Source: Squalus acanthias (taxonomy: Eukaryota). From it: a stretch of 64,000 nt of DNA. Under the pieces are notes generated by a model. The model worked only from the letters and a program-made list of their open reading frames with translations, was not told the DNA's origin and did not search any database. This document shows, one piece after another, positions 22,673-35,750 of this stretch. The stretch is taken from positions 62,064,001-62,128,000 of the forward strand of contig CM059438.1 in assembly GCA_030390025.1 (NCBI GenBank), in the 5' to 3' direction. How positions within the stretch are numbered: position 1 is the first letter of the stretch; every line of letters starts with the position of its first letter. Both the position numbers and the translations under genes were made by a program.

Positions 22673-25309
22673 CTTGAAATGCTTAAGACTATACACAATA
22701 ATCCACGTTGCTTGCTAATTGCCATTTCAAATTACTATGGAAACAATTTGATTCCATGCCTGCTGGCTTTAGGAGTTAACCCGTATAAACTGAATCTGAT
22801 GATTATGACAATATCCAAACATAAATTTAAAATCCTGTACAGGCTGTAGAGGTGAAGTCCAAAATGCTGGACTCTACCAGAAGGTGTTCTTGGTTTGGAG
22901 GGCGTAAGAAAGTGGAAGGAGATAAAATGAATTCCCTGGCCAGTTTAAAACTCCGGGAATCCTTATAATTTCTTAGACACTAACTTCCACGTTCTTCATC
23001 GTAAAGTAAACTTTTGTTGCTAATGTTTCAAACTCCTATTGTGTTACAGTGCAGTACTTGTTTTGGATAGCGAGCTTAGGATCATTTGTGTCGACACAAA
23101 GCTCCGTGACAACGAATTGTATCGAATATTTTTTAATGTCTGCTTCGTGACCAGAGCTGTGGTGTCAGGTTTCCGATTAATGGTCATTTTCTCCCTCTTT
23201 CAATCCACGCAGCCATCAGAGGCTGCTTCAAGTACCAGCATGTTCTGCTGAGTGCAATAACTGTCTGACCTTGACCTCCCTAATGGAGGTTGTTAATAGT
23301 TGAGAGAGGACACTCACCATTGCAAAGAATTATGAGTAACTTTCCCCCCAAAAATTCCCACTTTTTAAAAAAAAAAAAGATTTTTTTTGCTTGTGATATT
23401 AGAGAATTGGTTTGTAGGTTTTACTGGGCCCAGTTAGTACATGGGAGCTGAATTAGTCTCAGTCGTGAGTGTTACAGCGCGGGCTTTTCCCCAACACTTG
23501 TCTTGCCTTGTGTTCACAGCAAAAAGTCAGCAATAAGCAGCCTGAGCCTCTTATGATTCTGCACCCTTATGCATACCATGTCTGGGATAGTGTGCCCAGC
23601 ATTAACAGTCGCTCCCTAACTGCTGTCTCCCAAAAGGTGGAAAATACCACATTGACAGACCAACGCATACAGGCTAAAATTACTTGGTCTGATTTATTTA
23701 TAGATTAATTATATGTAGAGGCAGAACAAGATACTGAACCTGTGCAGTAGTTAAAAAAAAAATCAGCTCACAAGAAGTTAATAAATTTAATAACCCTTGT
23801 TGGATTGTATTTATTATACAGTTGGATGAGTGATAGAACTTTTGGATGAAGCCATCTTTCGTCGACCTTGACCATATAATGTCGTGTGTGGATGATGCAA
23901 ATTTCCAGTCTCTCCGTGGAGTTTAGATTTTTTTTCCAGAGCTAAAGACTATGGGAAAATTCTCCAATACTTAAGAGTTCAAAGACCTCTTAAATCAGAG
24001 CTGTCAATCATCTAAGATTAGAAGCACATTGTATGAACTATTTCATAGAATGCTGATGAGCAGGTCGCTTGGTTTCTGAGGACCTGTTAATACCTTCACC
24101 ATATACAAGCCCCCATCTCCTGACTCATTTCCAGATCAATCAGCCTAGCCTGGTCCCTCAGGCAGTTCGGCCCTGACCTTCAATGTATTTTAGTTAGGGA
24201 GGACATTTTAACTCGTGTTACCCAGTTGGATCCCGGGTTGAACTGCAAAAACAACCAGTAACGACTCAGAATGGACCCAAATTGATGGAAGTATTTGAAA
24301 ACAAATACAATCTTTACTATATTTTTTTCAGTTGTATACCATAAATTAAATCTACCCAGGTGCCTTCTATCTTTTGTCCGAGGCCTTTATAGCTGCAAGC
24401 TGTTGTTGTGTTTGCTGTTTCGGGTCTGACTGCAGGCCCACACAGGCCAGCGATGTACCTTCAGTATTGATCTGTACAGAATGTCCCACTGACTTCACAA
24501 ATGTGCCTGCTCCAACTGCGCAGTCACTCCTGCAATTTAGGAGCAAACTCTGCATTTGCAGATCTTCCGCGTGCACTGCTACAGTGATGACAACAGCTAC
24601 TCGCACTTTTATATAGCGCCTTTAACATAGTAAAACATCCCAAGGCGCTTCACAGAAGCGCAATTGTCGAGCGTTGTTGAATCCGCCCCACATTACGAAC
24701 TGGGCAGACTCGGCAGCAAGGGAGTTATGTACATTAGTGTGGAAAACGGGGTTTCAATCTCCCACCTACCATTTGGCGGATTTTTGGAGAGAGAAAAAAA
24801 TGCTTAAAACAAGCCTCACCTTAAGCAAATTTTGTGTTAAGTTTTTGTTTTTTCTAAATTCTACCTTTTAAGGTAAGTGAAATACTTTGACTGAGCTTTT
24901 TTTTAATGCTGAACCGTCACTCAGAAAATGTGACATTCATTCTCCTGTAAGATTTTCCTCTGTAATTTAGCTTTTGTAAAACGATACTGAATATAATTGT
25001 TGGAATACTTGAACGAAAAACGGAAAACAAAGTGCTTTGTATTGAAGACCCTTGGTGTTGGGTGAAATTTAATTCCTTTGGCTAATTGGTCATTTGAAAA
25101 TCACTGCCAAAACTGTGCATTAACTGGACAGGTAGTTATGTGAGTGAATAATAATGGTTGAATACCTGTAGTATACTTGGAACCTGAAGTCTGGTAGTCT
25201 AACGAACAAGCACTGAGCCCTTCAATCCGCTTGCTGCCTGGTGCAGTCCCCTTTATTGTGTGATCAGTTACTGCTGCTACCTAACTTTGCTGGTTAGTTG
25301 CAGATTTTG

Positions 25310-26165
25310 AATCATAGAATGATATAGCATAGAAGGAGACCATTCGGCCCATCATGCCTGTGCCAGCTCTTTGAAAGCGCTATCCAATTAGTCCCATTCC
25401 CCTGTTCTTTCCCCATAACCCTGAAAACTTTTCCCCCTCAAGTATTTATCCAATTCCCTTTTGAAAGTTACTGTTGAATCTGCTTCCACCACCCTTTCGG
25501 ACAGTGCATTCCAGATCATCATAACTCATTGCGTAATTTTTTTCCCCCTCATTTCGCCTCTGGTTCTTTTGCTAATTATCTTAAACCTGTGTCCTCTGGT
25601 TACCAACCCTTCTGCCACTGGAAACAGTTTCTCCTTCATGATTTTGAACACCTCTATCAAATCTCTCCTTAACCTTCTCTGCTCTAAGGAGAACAACCCC
25701 AGTTTCTCTAGTCTCTCCACATAATTGAAGTCTTTCATCCCTGGTACCATTCTAGTAAATCTCATCTGCACCCTCTCCCAAGGCCTTCCTAAAGTGGGGA
25801 GCCCAGAATTGGCCACAGTACTCCAGCTGGGGCCTAACCCGTGATTTATAAAGGTTTAGCATTAACATCCTTGCTTTTGTACTCTATGCCTCTATTTATA
25901 AAGCCAAGGACCCCATATGCCTTTTAACAGCCTTCTCAACTTGTCCTGCCACCTTCAAAGACTTGTGTACGTACACCCCCAGGTCTCTCTGTTCCTGCAC
26001 CCCTTTAAAATTGTATCATTTAGTTTATATTGCCTCTCCTCATTCTTTCTACCAAAATGAATCACTTCACACTTCTCTGCGTTAAATTTCATCTGCCATC
26101 TGTCTGCCCGTTTCACCAGTCTGTCGATGTCCCCCTGAAGTCTGTTACTATCCTACTCGCTGTTT
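25310..26165 (-). mobile_element. CR1 LINE 3' fragment
   Basis: RFTRMVPGM..F.Y.ERLEKLGLFSLEQRRL; CR1 tail at 25310. Confidence 0.9.
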
Positions 26166-26654
26166 AATATATCGCTGCCTGCTTGCTCACTCCTCCCTGT
26201 GTGGATGTCTCCAGCCCTGAGTCAAGTTGGCACCGTGCTTGTCACCGCCATTATGCATTTGCATGTTGGGGTTGCTCCTCAATCAAGGCTGACTGTATTA
26301 AATTGAGTCTGATCCTACACCGACTATGCTTTGTCTTTTAAGATTTTTTTTTCCCCAAGCTGAAATATGAACTGCTTTTAAATATTTGCCGTGAGTTGCA
26401 TTAGCCCAGAACTCCTTCGCCTTCCCTTGAAGTAAAACTAATGAAAGTTAAGTTGGATTATGGGCCAAATGTGGCATTTAAGACTTTGCATTTAGAAGCC
26501 ATGCGTTTGAGTGGTTTTAATCACATGTCCTTTTCACAGAGCGTCAGAGGAGATTTTGAAATTGGAACGGCAGGAAAATAAGGTTAAGCAAATTGTCAGA
26601 ACAGAAATGGATTATCCTGATCTCTGCTTTTTTTCTCCTCTCTCGGTTTCCTAG

Positions 26655-26732
26655 GATCCCTTACTGCTGGATGGTAGAGTGACTCTTCAACAGGTTAAAG
26701 CTGGAATGGTTGTGGCAAAGCAAGGTGACCAG
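26655..26732 (+). CDS. PNPLA7: PNPLA7 coding exon (DPLLLDGRVTLQQVKAGMVVAKQGDQ), start of cNMP-binding domain 2
   Basis: Long pyrimidine tract then cctag|GAT...CAG|gtaaga; 78 nt, phase 0-0. Confidence 0.93.
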
Positions 26733-26849
26733 GTAAGAGCACTGCATTCTTCTGAAGTCTTCTGAAGTCTTTCAGTATGAGTCCTCCAGCTCCATATACA
26801 AGAGGTTTGATTTGATTGCATGATAGGCAAATGCAGTCATCACTAATTT

Positions 26850-27260
26850 GACTCTTGGGATGTGGGAGGCGCTGGCAGGGCCACATTCATTGCCCATCGC
26901 TAGTGATGGTGGGCCATCTTGAAACTGCTGCAGTCCTTGCAGTGATGGTACTTTCCACAGTGTGTCAGGTAGGGAATTCCAGGATACTGACCAGCGATAA
27001 TATCCGTGTGGCATGTGATGAAACTTGGAGGTGATGCTGTTGCCAGGACATTGCTGCTCTTCTGCTCAATGGCAGAGGTCTCAGGGGGAAGTAAGCTTGG
27101 TGAATTGCAGCAGTGCATCCTGTAGATCGTACAGACTGTGGCCACACTGCCCCAGTGATGGAGCGGGTGGATATTGGGTCCAGTGGCAGGAGCACCGATC
27201 AAGCTTTTCTGTTCTAGATGGTGTTGAGCTTCTTGAATGTTGAGCAGGCTGTTGTACAGC
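26850..27260 (-). mobile_element. Diverged LINE family B 3' fragment
   Basis: GGGATGTGGGAGGCGCTGGCAGGGCC..CATT.ATTGCCCATC and NIHPLHHW...CTIYRMHC. Confidence 0.75.
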
Positions 27261-27278
27261 GATTTGTGCTAACACAAT

Positions 27279-28026
27279 GGCCCAGAAATTCGAGTCTCCG
27301 GCTTGCCGCGGGGGTAAGGATCGCGCGCGCTCTTATCCACCGCGCCTGCCGTTGTGTTTTGGGTCCACGGGAACTTCGGGTCCTGGGCCTCTCCCAACTG
27401 CCGGCGCGCAGTGCTTGTGTGTTCCAGGGGCGCAGTTAGTGCGATGCGACCCCTGGGATCACGTGGGCCATGGAGAGCCAATGGCAGCAGACCATCTTTC
27501 ATTCATAGATTTGACAGGAGACCTGTCAAATCTGTGAATTGAAATCGGCCCCAAAAGAACAGCTAAACTTCAAATAAATTTAAAAAAAAAAATCACATTT
27601 ATAAAATAACTATAGTTAAATAAATTAACCACTTTAAACAAAAATTTAAATTTTTGAAAAAATTAAAATAATTTTTAAAAGTGATAAAAATAAACTTACC
27701 TTTCTTTAAAGTATCTAAAAAAGATAAACCTGTTGAAAATTTTTTTAAATTATACTTAATTAACCACTTACCTTGTTCAAAAGGGGTCTTACGCCTCCTT
27801 TTTATTAGCGTAGTATCTTCAATACTTACCCTCGCGTAGAAACCTGAAAAAAAATCTAAGTGTGCCTCTAGCGCGCACGCGGTTCACCTAGGAACCGCCC
27901 CCTTCACCATACCGGAAGTTCCGGTTTCCCGCGCATGCGCAGTGCATGCAGGAAACCGGCACTTCGGGAAGCAATACGGGTGAGTACGGACTGTGTACTC
28001 ACCCGGAAGGGCCGAATTTTTGGGCC
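27279..28026. mobile_element. Non-autonomous TIR element (Harbinger-like MITE)
   Basis: TIRs GGCCCAGAAATTCG / CGAATTTTTGGGCC flanked by AT; CpG-rich arms, AT-rich core, internal palindromes. Confidence 0.85.
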
Positions 28027-28929
28027 ATCAAGTCTGCAGGAAGACAGGAATATTTAGATTTGACATTGCACTATGTGTGTAACACCAACCCTCTCCCTCT
28101 GGTTGCTAGGGATTCTTTACAATAGAAAGTGCTGACACGCCAATATTTTGCACATGCTGGACACTGATATAGAATCATACAGCACAGAAAGAGGCCATGC
28201 AGCCCATCGTATCTGTGCCGGCTCATTGGCAGAGCTATCCAATCATGGTTATTAAAGTGGTCGGGTGGTAGAGTGCCACATTTCGCCCAGTCCAAAACTG
28301 GATCTTGGTTGAGTTCTGATGTTTGCCTCCTTACTCATGAAAATTAGTTGGGAACCTTAATAACAAACGCCTCCAGATGAGGTACAGCAGTAAGTGGAAA
28401 CATCGACTTGGGTTTATTTATTCTTGAAATTTCCAGACAACCCTCTCAAAAAAGCTGATGGTCCAGTCCAAAACTGCACAGGTATGATCCTCACTGGCGC
28501 CCCAATATTGCAGTGATGTGTGACTGGAGCAATGATTACACTGCAATCAAATCTCATTATTTAAAACGCCTTTCATGAATTGAAGCAGGTGTATGGACTG
28601 GAATGCGGTTTGCTTTGTGTTTTGCTGGATTTGAAATTCATGGTGACTTTTAATCCCACTTAATGTGTAAATTACCTGGTTTTATAAATTCAGAGGTCTC
28701 TGGTGTTAATGACAGTTTGTGGGGCTGCTGTTGAAAAGCTTTTTATTGCTGTAATACAACACCACACATGAAGTGCCGAGGGATCTGCTCAGACTTATTT
28801 ACAACTCGAGCTAGAATGATAGTGTCACATATTCAAGAGAGAGGTGCGCGCTGGGGCCTTGTGCCTCCCATAAAATTGTGTGCAGGAAATGTTTGTTTTT
28901 AATTTTGTGATCATCAAGTTGAGGAATGG

Positions 28930-29130
28930 AGCACCTTCACATTTCAAGTACTTGGTGTCGAATTAAGCACCCGCAGCATAGATTAGATGCAGAATGAAGC
29001 TCCCTCCACACTGCCCCATCAGGCATTTCCAGGTCCACTGTACCAGGTGAGATGCAGAGCGAAGCTCCCTCTACACTGCCTCAATAAGGTGCCTCAGTTC
29101 CAACTTGGGATAATGTCACACTCCCACACC
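28930..29130 (-). mobile_element. Ancient SINE fragment with an internal duplication
   Basis: Repeated GATGCAGA..GAAGCTCCCTC.ACACTGCC; homologous to 52320-52360. Confidence 0.45.
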
Positions 29131-30139
29131 AGTCATTCAATAGTCTCTCGGAATGACATTGTCTTTTCTTTTGGCAGAGAAGTTTTAGTCTGTTATGGAT
29201 CCATGCCCATTGAGGACTGGTATGAGACTGTCCAAACTCACTGTACAAAATACTCTTACAGCTGTTAGATAAAAGAGCTGGAACCAAAGCTCGTACAGGG
29301 GTGAAAGGCATGAGGCAGTTTATGAATTATTTTTATACTGTTCAGACAGGCTTGTTGCCCTCCCCACCACCCCCCCCCTCCCTCCCTCCCTCCGGCAGTC
29401 CCCCCTCTCCCAGCTCTCTCGTTTCTCCCACCAGGTCCTGTTGCTTGACATCACCTGTTTATTGGCAGCACTTGTTTTCTCCACTTGGCTGCTGCTTCCC
29501 TGCCATTGAATTATCTTCCCCAAGATGATGGTGTGGGTAAAGGATGAGTCTCGGGAAAATGGTTGAGAATGACTTACAATTATACATCTGTGCTTTCCGT
29601 TTTCATTTCTTAACAAAAATAATCCTGGAAATTTTTAGGAATTATTTCTGACTGTTTAGAGCTGTTGTATAAAATAATTGGTGGAAATTGGAGAATTAAT
29701 TATTATACAGCCTACACTTTTATCAAGACCACCATGATCTTGTGTGTAGAATGGATCAGTCACTCAGCTTGCTTCAGGGTAATTCAGAAAAATCTATTCT
29801 AATACATGGATTCTGCAGCAATCATTAGCTGCTTATGTATCACTGTAATGCAGAGTAAGTGCCGCTGACAACTGATGCACAAGTATCACGCAGCCAGTGG
29901 CAACATCAATGCAGGATGCGCCAAGAACGGCGGCTGGGAAGATGCAATATTTACTCGGTCTTTGTGGCCACCAACCATAGCGAATCCAGCAAGTTTAGTT
30001 TGGTGTCTGTGGGATAGCCAGCAACACTGACATGACACGAGAGCACTATAAAAGTAACTTCTGAGTGATCGAGACTTGTATCACTGAACCCAGCTTGTTG
30101 CTGCAAACCTATAAACCAGTTTATTGAATTACACACAAT

Positions 30140-30675
30140 GGGCCGGATTTTCCGACCGCCACGGGTGTGTACGCACCCGTAGAGGCCTTGCAAGTGCCGG
30201 GCTTAGGCATGCAAAGCGCATACGCTAAAACCCGGCACTTCCGATCTGTCGAGAATCCTCTTGACAGATCATCCGCCTGCCCGGGAGAAGGGCCTCCGCG
30301 GGCAGAGAGTTGCGTTTTCTGCACAACCTCCGCCCGCTGAAAACCTTTAAAAATCTTACACCCGGTAAAAGCATAAGGCCTGCTTTTACCAGCATAAGAG
30401 TTTAAAATCACTCATTTATAATTTAAAATACTTTAAAAAAAAAGGGTAAGTTTATTTTTAGCCCCGTAAAAAACTTTAATTATTTTAAACAAAAAATTAA
30501 ATTTTTGTTTAAAATATTTAATTTAATGTAATTTTAACTAATTTTAAATACGTGATTTAAAATTTTTTATATTTAACTTTTTTAAGTGACCTACGGAGCC
30601 AGCGGGCAAATTCGTAGATTTTTTCCGATCGGAGGCATCTGCCCGTAGGAAGCCTCCAATCAGAAAATCTGACCC
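30140..30675. mobile_element. Non-autonomous TIR element (Harbinger-like MITE)
   Basis: TIRs GGGCCGGATTTTCCGA / TCAGAAAATCTGACCC flanked by AT. Confidence 0.82.
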
Positions 30676-30679
30676 ATTA

Positions 30680-30903
30680 TTGTCCTGGCTAATATTTATC
30701 CCTCAATCAACATAACAAAAACAAATTATCTGGTCATTATCACATTGCTGTTTGTGGGAGCTTGCTGTGTGCAAATTGGCTGCCGCGTTTCCCACATTAC
30801 AACAGTGACTACACTTCAAAAGGTACTTCATTGGCTGTAAAGTGCTTTGAGACGTCCGGTGGTCATGAAAGGCGCTATATAAATGCAAGTCTTTCTTTTC
30901 TTT
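30680..30903 (+). mobile_element. Deu-SINE (SacSINE1-like) 3' half
   Basis: TGTCCTGGCTAATATTTATCCCTCAA...GGCGCTATATAAATGCAAGTCTTTC. Confidence 0.9.
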
Positions 30904-31049
30904 AACAATAATTTAACACAAAATTTACATACTTTATTTTCTTTTCAACTCCTCTACAAATCTGTAACGTTCAAATTGCAACTCCGCAGTAATAAATGTA
31001 TTAAAAGACAAAAGTTAATTGTATGTAATTGCAAATAATAATTGGAAGT

Positions 31050-31185
31050 AAGAAACAACAACAGAAAATGCTGGAAACACTCAGCAGGTCAGGCAGCATC
31101 GTGGAGAGAAAAACAGAGTCAGCGTTTCAGGTCGATGACCATTTTCTGTTTCAGATTTCCAGCATCCGCAGTGTTTTGCTATTGG
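31050..31185. mobile_element. Penelope-type mini inverted fragment
   Basis: Minus copy AAAATGCTGGAAACACTCAGCAGGTCAGGCAGCATC...CGTTTCAGGTCGATGACC fused to a plus-strand end TTTCAGATTTCCAGCATCCGCAGT. Confidence 0.65.
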
Positions 31186-31689
31186 AAGTGTATAATTTCC
31201 GTAGGAAGCATGAAGTGGCCTTCCGCAGTATAGTCTCCACCTGCAGATACATAGAGGCAGTACTTTTGCTGACTGTCCTCAGAGTAGATGGAGTTTGAGC
31301 GTGCCTTTCAATAGCAGCAGAACCAGGCCGCACGCCGATGGGCGGGTGGGTGACGTGGCTGACGTTTGGCAGCTCATTGAGTTGCAACTGCCAGAAACCC
31401 AGTGGGGAAATGGCAGGGTCTGGGGTTGACATTCCCTGTGGGTAGTAAATTCCCCTTCTCTACATCTGCAAGAAGACAGACCCCACCCCTTGGTACTTCG
31501 CAATAAAGCTTGTCTTGCAGAAATGTGTGACTTGGCAGAAGCGGTCATCCGCACGAAAAGCTTCAGGATCTCCACTTTGGGGTAATGGTGGCTTTCCATT
31601 TGTCAAATAATGTGTTGAAGAAATCTCCAATCAGCTGTTTGCACCTCTTCGGCCAACACACCGAGGAAGAGTTTGATTTTACATCGGAA

Positions 31690-31960
31690 CGTGATTTCCT
31701 TCACCCCACCATTGCTGGCCGTGCCTTCAGCTGCCTGGGCCCTAAGCTCTGGAATTCCCTCCCTAAACCTCTCCGCTTCTCTATCTCTCTCTCCTCCTTT
31801 CAGACACTTCTTAAAACCGACCTCTTTGACCAAACTTTTGGTCATCTGTCCTAATGAGTCCTTCTTTGGCTCGGTGTCAATTTTTGTCTGTTAATGCCCC
31901 TGTGAAGCGCCTTGGGATGTTTTACTATGTTAAAGGCACTATATAAATGTAAGTTGTTCT
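31690..31960 (+). mobile_element. L2 LINE 3' end
   Basis: GCCGTGCCTTCAGCTGCCTGGGCCCTAAGCTCTGGAATTCCC...TATATAAATGTAAGTTGTT. Confidence 0.88.
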
Positions 31961-33167
31961 TGGTATTTTGTACACCTTCGGTGACATGGTGGGCACTTGG
32001 TTGGATTTGCTCTGAGCTGTGTATACTCAAGAATAGGTAAATCTGACATTGTTAATCTGCCCAATTCATTCTTCGGTAGGGCAAACTCAACAAAATTAAA
32101 CAGGCAGCTCGTTCTGCTCTGCCTGTCAAAGTACTGGTGTAGCAATGCTGGGACATGGATAAGTACAACTCACTTTCTTTAGGCGGGCAAGTGACCACTG
32201 AAATGTCTTGGTATCTACAACTCCCCAAGCTCAAGTAAAGGCTCATCATCTCAAACTACTGAGCTTCCAGCTCTGCAGCCATGGTATTGTCTCAAAACTC
32301 ATGGCTGAAGAAAGAAGATGGTGTCTTCTGGCCTGTCCTCTCTATAATTTATGCTAAATGGACATGCAGATGAGACCCCTGAAAGCACCATGTGATTGTG
32401 TTAAGGCTGTCAGCTTGTGCAGAGACCTACATCTCTCTGAAAATCCTGCTGGGTCTATGTCCTTTCTTCCCAATCTGGCAAAGTGCGGAACTGTTGGAAG
32501 CATTCACCACGAGTGGATTTATGACACCTGGGCAAGCAACAGCCATCAGTATCTCAGCTCCGATCCTCCAGGAAGGCCAGATTTTGGCTTTCTAGCTGCA
32601 AGTTGACAAATTTCCCTCTTGCTCCACTCATGCTGTTCTAAGACTTTCAAATCACGCACGTCTTACAAGACCCATCGATACTCTTGCAAAATCAGCTGTG
32701 AGCTGCTTCCCTCGCCCCACCCACGCCAACTCTCGAGTCCAAAAGATGGTCTACAGCATGTCTCCACTCCATGCACCACGTCTAGGTTTGAGTTTCAATC
32801 TCCAGGTTTGCAATTTCCTGTTTGGATTGTTGCCTGCTAGCTCTCTCTCTTGCATAATCCATCGCCAGCAGTTGGTATTTGGCAGAGGCAGACTGGCAAT
32901 TAGCGGTGATCTGAATGTACTTTTATATTCCTGGTGACGCAAGTGGCTTGGTTCATCATTGAGCACCAGGGCTCTGCTCTTGCACCCCTCGATTGTTTAA
33001 AAAGCTGGCAGTCGAAGCAGGTTGCCAGTCTTCCCTCTTGCTTGGGGAATGGTGCTTGGTACCGAGGCGATTGTAAGGTAGGGGAGATTGATATTTTTTT
33101 TAGTGCAAATGGAGTGGCTTTATGTCAAGAGAAAGGGTTGACTGACTGCACTTTGCTTCCTTCTCAG

Positions 33168-33373
33168 GATGTCAGCATTCACTTTGTGGTCTCGGGGCTG
33201 CTGCATGTTTACCAGCGGATGATTGACAGGGAAGAGGAGAACTGTCTGTTTGTCACTCATCCAGGAGAGATTGTGGGGCAGCTGGCTGTGCTGACCGGTG
33301 AGCCGCTTATCTTCAGCATCAAGGCCCAGAGGGACTGCACCTTCCTGTGCATCTCCAAATGCCACTTCTATGA
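33168..33373 (+). CDS. PNPLA7: PNPLA7 coding exon ([17 protein letters not shown]...CISKCHFY(E)), cNMP-binding domain 2
   Basis: ttctcag|GAT...TATGA|gtgagt; 206 nt, phase 0-2; [13 protein letters not shown] motif. Confidence 0.95.
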
Positions 33374-34930
33374 GTGAGTGCCGCAGGCTTCTCAACTTCG
33401 TGCTTGTGCTGCTGTCTTAAATTGGAAAAGAATTGAAGTCTTTGTTGAGTTTTTTTTACTTAGTGGGTTGATTGGCGATTCGTGAGGCTTCACCAAGAAT
33501 AAAGATCGAGTTAGAGTTCAATTTTCTCCCTTTACAGAGTGAGCATCACCATCAGGACCGCTCTTGGATACTTGCATTGTGCTAAGGATTTTATAATTCA
33601 GGAATCCAGGTGGAATGAAAGTGCCACCAAGATTGAAAAGAATAGGAGAGGAGAGTCTGCAATGCCACCACTGGCGGAAGGGTGTAATTACAGTGCGACA
33701 GTTTCCATGAATAAATGTAGACATAGGAATTTATAATAGCATGTATAAAAATAATGTATGTGTGACTTTAAAATGGGGACTGACTTCATCTGCATGTCCT
33801 GGTCCAATTATCCCCTCCTTCTAACCAACTTCTTGTGTGCAACAACATGAGAGACCAACTTGTAAAATATTAAAATTCGTACATTATTGTACACTCCATT
33901 GACAACCTACATTTTGTATGAGGATTCCCATGTTGAGGTGTCCACATTTACCTATGTTTCCCTGTCACACCAATACATGGCGCTGTAATATGACTTCCCA
34001 TCTTTATTTGCCACTTGGTGCTCTATCCCCACAAGGTGCCATTTTTCGTCAGTAACTGACATTTCTCATACCCCAAAATAAAGTTTAAATAAAATTTTTT
34101 AAAGCATATTTCACAATAAGAGGATTACATTTACCCATTGAATTGCTTTTTTGTGTCTTTTAATGCCTTCATGAAAGACCTTATTTAAAAGCCTCAGCCT
34201 CTGACTAAAATGCCCTGAGCTGCGAGCTGAATGCAGATTGTGCAGTCTGAACCCAATTGCTCCAGAAGTGTTCAGTCACCTGAACTGCTCGAATATTTAG
34301 CTGTAGCTTTTAGCAGTTTCTGCTCAGCTAGCTTTCAAAATCATCTGAAGAAAAGCAACAGAGAGAGCGAGAGAGACAAGTAGAAAAGGGGAGACAGAGA
34401 GAAACAGCGATAGAGAAACAACGGAGGCAGGTGTACGACAGAGACCATATTCTCTGATTTACCATATGCAACACCACGGGAGATCCAGTTAAAATCTTTG
34501 CGTTGGTAACGCTGTCTTGCCCCTCCCCAGTCCATTGAAGTCAATGGTTACACTGTAATGGTAATAGCTGTTGTTCTCTCTTCCACCAGAGGTGGTGCTA
34601 CAACCTCTAACTTGCTGTACTTACTCCAGGGGTGAAACTTTCTAAGTGTTCTCAGCCAAGCACAGCTGAAAGAGATATCGTTTCCTCTGACTAATTTGAG
34701 AAAAACCATGGTAGATTCACTTTTAATTTACTAAAAGTCTTGCATATAAGGTGCTTCCTGTATACGTCACGTTTCCTGTTACATTATGTTGATGTGACAA
34801 AGCGGAATTTGACTGGATTTGGTCACCATTAGATAGTGTCCCTATTAACCCACAATGCATTACATAGCATAAAACTCATTATTATAAAACCGCACGAGAG
34901 ATCTGCTAGTAATATTGTAAAAACCATGTA

Positions 34931-35262
34931 CAGGAAACTTTCGTTTATCCGGCACCGACGGGACCGGCGTGGTGCCGGTTGATCGAAAGTGCCGGATTAC
35001 AGAGAGGTATACTTACCAAGGTACGAGAGCCCCGTACACGGCCACAGGCTTAACAATTGGGACCCGGAGAGGGAAAGTAAACGAGACTCCGGCTTTTTCC
35101 TCCGTGGCGGCGACAGGTCCGAGTCAGAAGAACGTTGACCCCCCTTTCGTGGGGGCGAAAGGTCAGAATCGGGGTCTTGTCTGTATAATAAAACTTACCT
35201 GATTTTTGCCGGTTAAGCGAGAATTCCGGATATTTGGGTGCCGGATAAACGAAAGTTTCCTG
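34931..35262. mobile_element. Tc1/mariner (Tigger/pogo-like) MITE
   Basis: Perfect 26-bp TIR CAGGAAACTTTCGTTTATCCGGCACC with TA target duplication on both sides. Confidence 0.95.
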
Positions 35263-35329
35263 TATATTATTCATGCACTGCCAGTCTGGCAGTTTTTTGT
35301 GTCATGCTTAAAAGTATAAAGAAACAAAG

Positions 35330-35750
35330 ACCATCTTGTCAAATAGTGCCATGCCATCTTCAATGCCTACCTGAGTAGGCAGACAGGGTTTTAGCTTAAT
35401 ATCTTATCCAAAGGATGCTCATGTCTGACAATGCAGCACTTTCTCAGAACTGCACTGAAATGTCAACAACTGCTTGCATATATATATATATAGTGCCTTT
35501 AACTTAGAAAAATCTCCCAAAGTGTTTCATAGAGATGTGAAGAAAATAGACACTGAACCAAATAAGGTGAGATTAGGAGACACAAAGTTTGGTCAAGGAG
35601 GTGAGTTTTTAAAAGGAAGATAGAGAGCTGTAGGAGTTGAGATGGGGAGTTCCGCAGAGTGGAACCCAGGTGATGGATGTTCCGGCTACCATTGGTTGGG
35701 TAAAAGTGGAGCCAAGTGAGGGCGGTCTCATAGAGCTGGACCATGGAGGA
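35330..35750 (-). mobile_element. Diverged Deu-SINE core fragment followed by an L2 3' fragment
   Basis: AAATAGTGCCATG...GACAATGCAGCACT.TCTCAG; then CAACAACTGCTTGCATATA...GGTCAAGGAGGT. Confidence 0.65.

Noticed and set aside
21436..22849. Pairs of near-identical ORFs on opposite strands
   Set aside because: By-products of the inverted repeat; no protein-like signal.
32934..33167. Upstream extension of the 147-aa ORF; similar extensions at 14941-15153, 36525-36583 and 40016-40092
   Set aside because: Intronic read-through beyond clear splice sites, with no family similarity.
34580..34600. CTCF-like motif CCACCAGAGGTGGTGC
   Set aside because: Poor fit to the consensus spacing.
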